Of a DNA stretch of 13,292 nucleotides, positions 7,063 to 13,292 are shown one piece after another; within the stretch, counting starts at the first letter, position 1; every line of letters begins with the position of its first letter. Origin of the DNA: a virus. The position numbers and the translations under genes are program-made. The stretch lies in the UHGV virus genome UHGV-0196552; one strand, written 5' to 3'. The notes beneath the pieces were generated by a model. The model searched no databases and was not told where the DNA came from. It saw only the letters and a program-made list of their open reading frames with translations.

Positions 7063-7626
7063 TTAGCAAAGTACAACACCTATTTCATTTAACGCACAAT
7101 CGCAATGACGGTTTGTCGGACATTCGCATAATTTGAATACTGCATAAGATCCTTTAAGGGTATCGGTTACATACTTGTCCATTTCTTCAACTACAGATGA
7201 TGAGCAATATAAATGAAAACCAACACAGAAAGAATTTCGCATCGGATACTTACATTCTTGTATAGAGTTGAGTTTCAAATGGTCTGCTTGCAATCCTCTT
7301 TTTAAGGCAGATGAACGCTTAGTACATTTCAGCTCAATAAAGATATAGTCTTCAAAAAGGGTATCTTTTTCTCTCATTATTATATCGATTTTTGAGAGCT
7401 TGCTTGCAGGGAAATTATTAGGGTCAAGAAAAGCTGTAACTTCACGTTTAACTTCATATTTTCTTTTTTTGTTAAGGAAGTGCTCAAATTCAATTTGTAG
7501 CCATTTTTCCCAATCATTAGTTTCATTACTGACGAAGGAATACAGACGCCTCTTTATATCTTCATTCTTTAGGAAGCTATTCAGTAACTTTACCAGCAAA
7601 GAAAAATCATTGTTGCGGTCTGACAT
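7063..7626 (-). CDS. PD-(D/E)xK-like nuclease with C-terminal Cys cluster
   Basis: WLQIEFEHF (acidic motif I), KIDIIM (Asp) and IFIELKC (E-x-K) match restriction-endonuclease-fold spacing. C-terminal CECPTNRHCDC (C-x-C-x5-C-x-C) could bind a metal or Fe-S cluster, reminiscent of Cas4/RecB-family nucleases. ATG at 7626, 38 bp from the divergent terS start. Confidence 0.55.
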   Translation of the reverse strand: MSDRNNDFSLLVKLLNSFLKNEDIKRRLYSFVSNETNDWEKWLQIEFEHFLNKKRKYEVKREVTAFLDPNNFPASKLSKIDIIMREKDTLFEDYIFIELKCTKRSSALKRGLQADHLKLNSIQECKYPMRNSFCVGFHLYCSSSVVEEMDKYVTDTLKGSYAVFKLCECPTNRHCDCALNEIGVVLC

Positions 7627-7640
7627 AGTGATCTCAATAA

Positions 7641-10008
<2,368 letters not shown>

Positions 10009-10011
10009 TAA

Positions 10012-13292
<3,281 letters not shown>

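Overview
This window reads as part of a tailed dsDNA phage or prophage from a low-GC (about 38-40% by eye) Gram-negative host. The right 5.6 kb (7665-13292) is a lambda-type head and packaging module in canonical order: Nu1-like small terminase, GpA-family large terminase, a gpW-like protein, a portal, and an HK97-type prohead protease-scaffold-major capsid ORF that runs off the 3' edge. The left 7.6 kb is a compositionally mosaic accessory region with genes on both strands. It holds two candidate defence modules: a minus-strand PD-(D/E)xK-like nuclease plus DUF3800 pair abutting terS (5729-7626), and a translationally coupled McrA-like HNH nuclease plus possible Mrr-like protein (2705-4225). 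It also holds an HNH/AP2 endonuclease-like gene, a two-TM protein, a degenerate EAL-like gene with a lipoprotein, and a 550-bp structured non-coding region. The most unusual sequence-level signal is a roughly 10-fold excess of the palindrome AGTACT across the window, nearly absent from the PD-(D/E)xK/DUF3800 cassette. All family assignments come from motif recognition by eye, not from searches; no rRNA, tRNA, CRISPR array or transposase was found.
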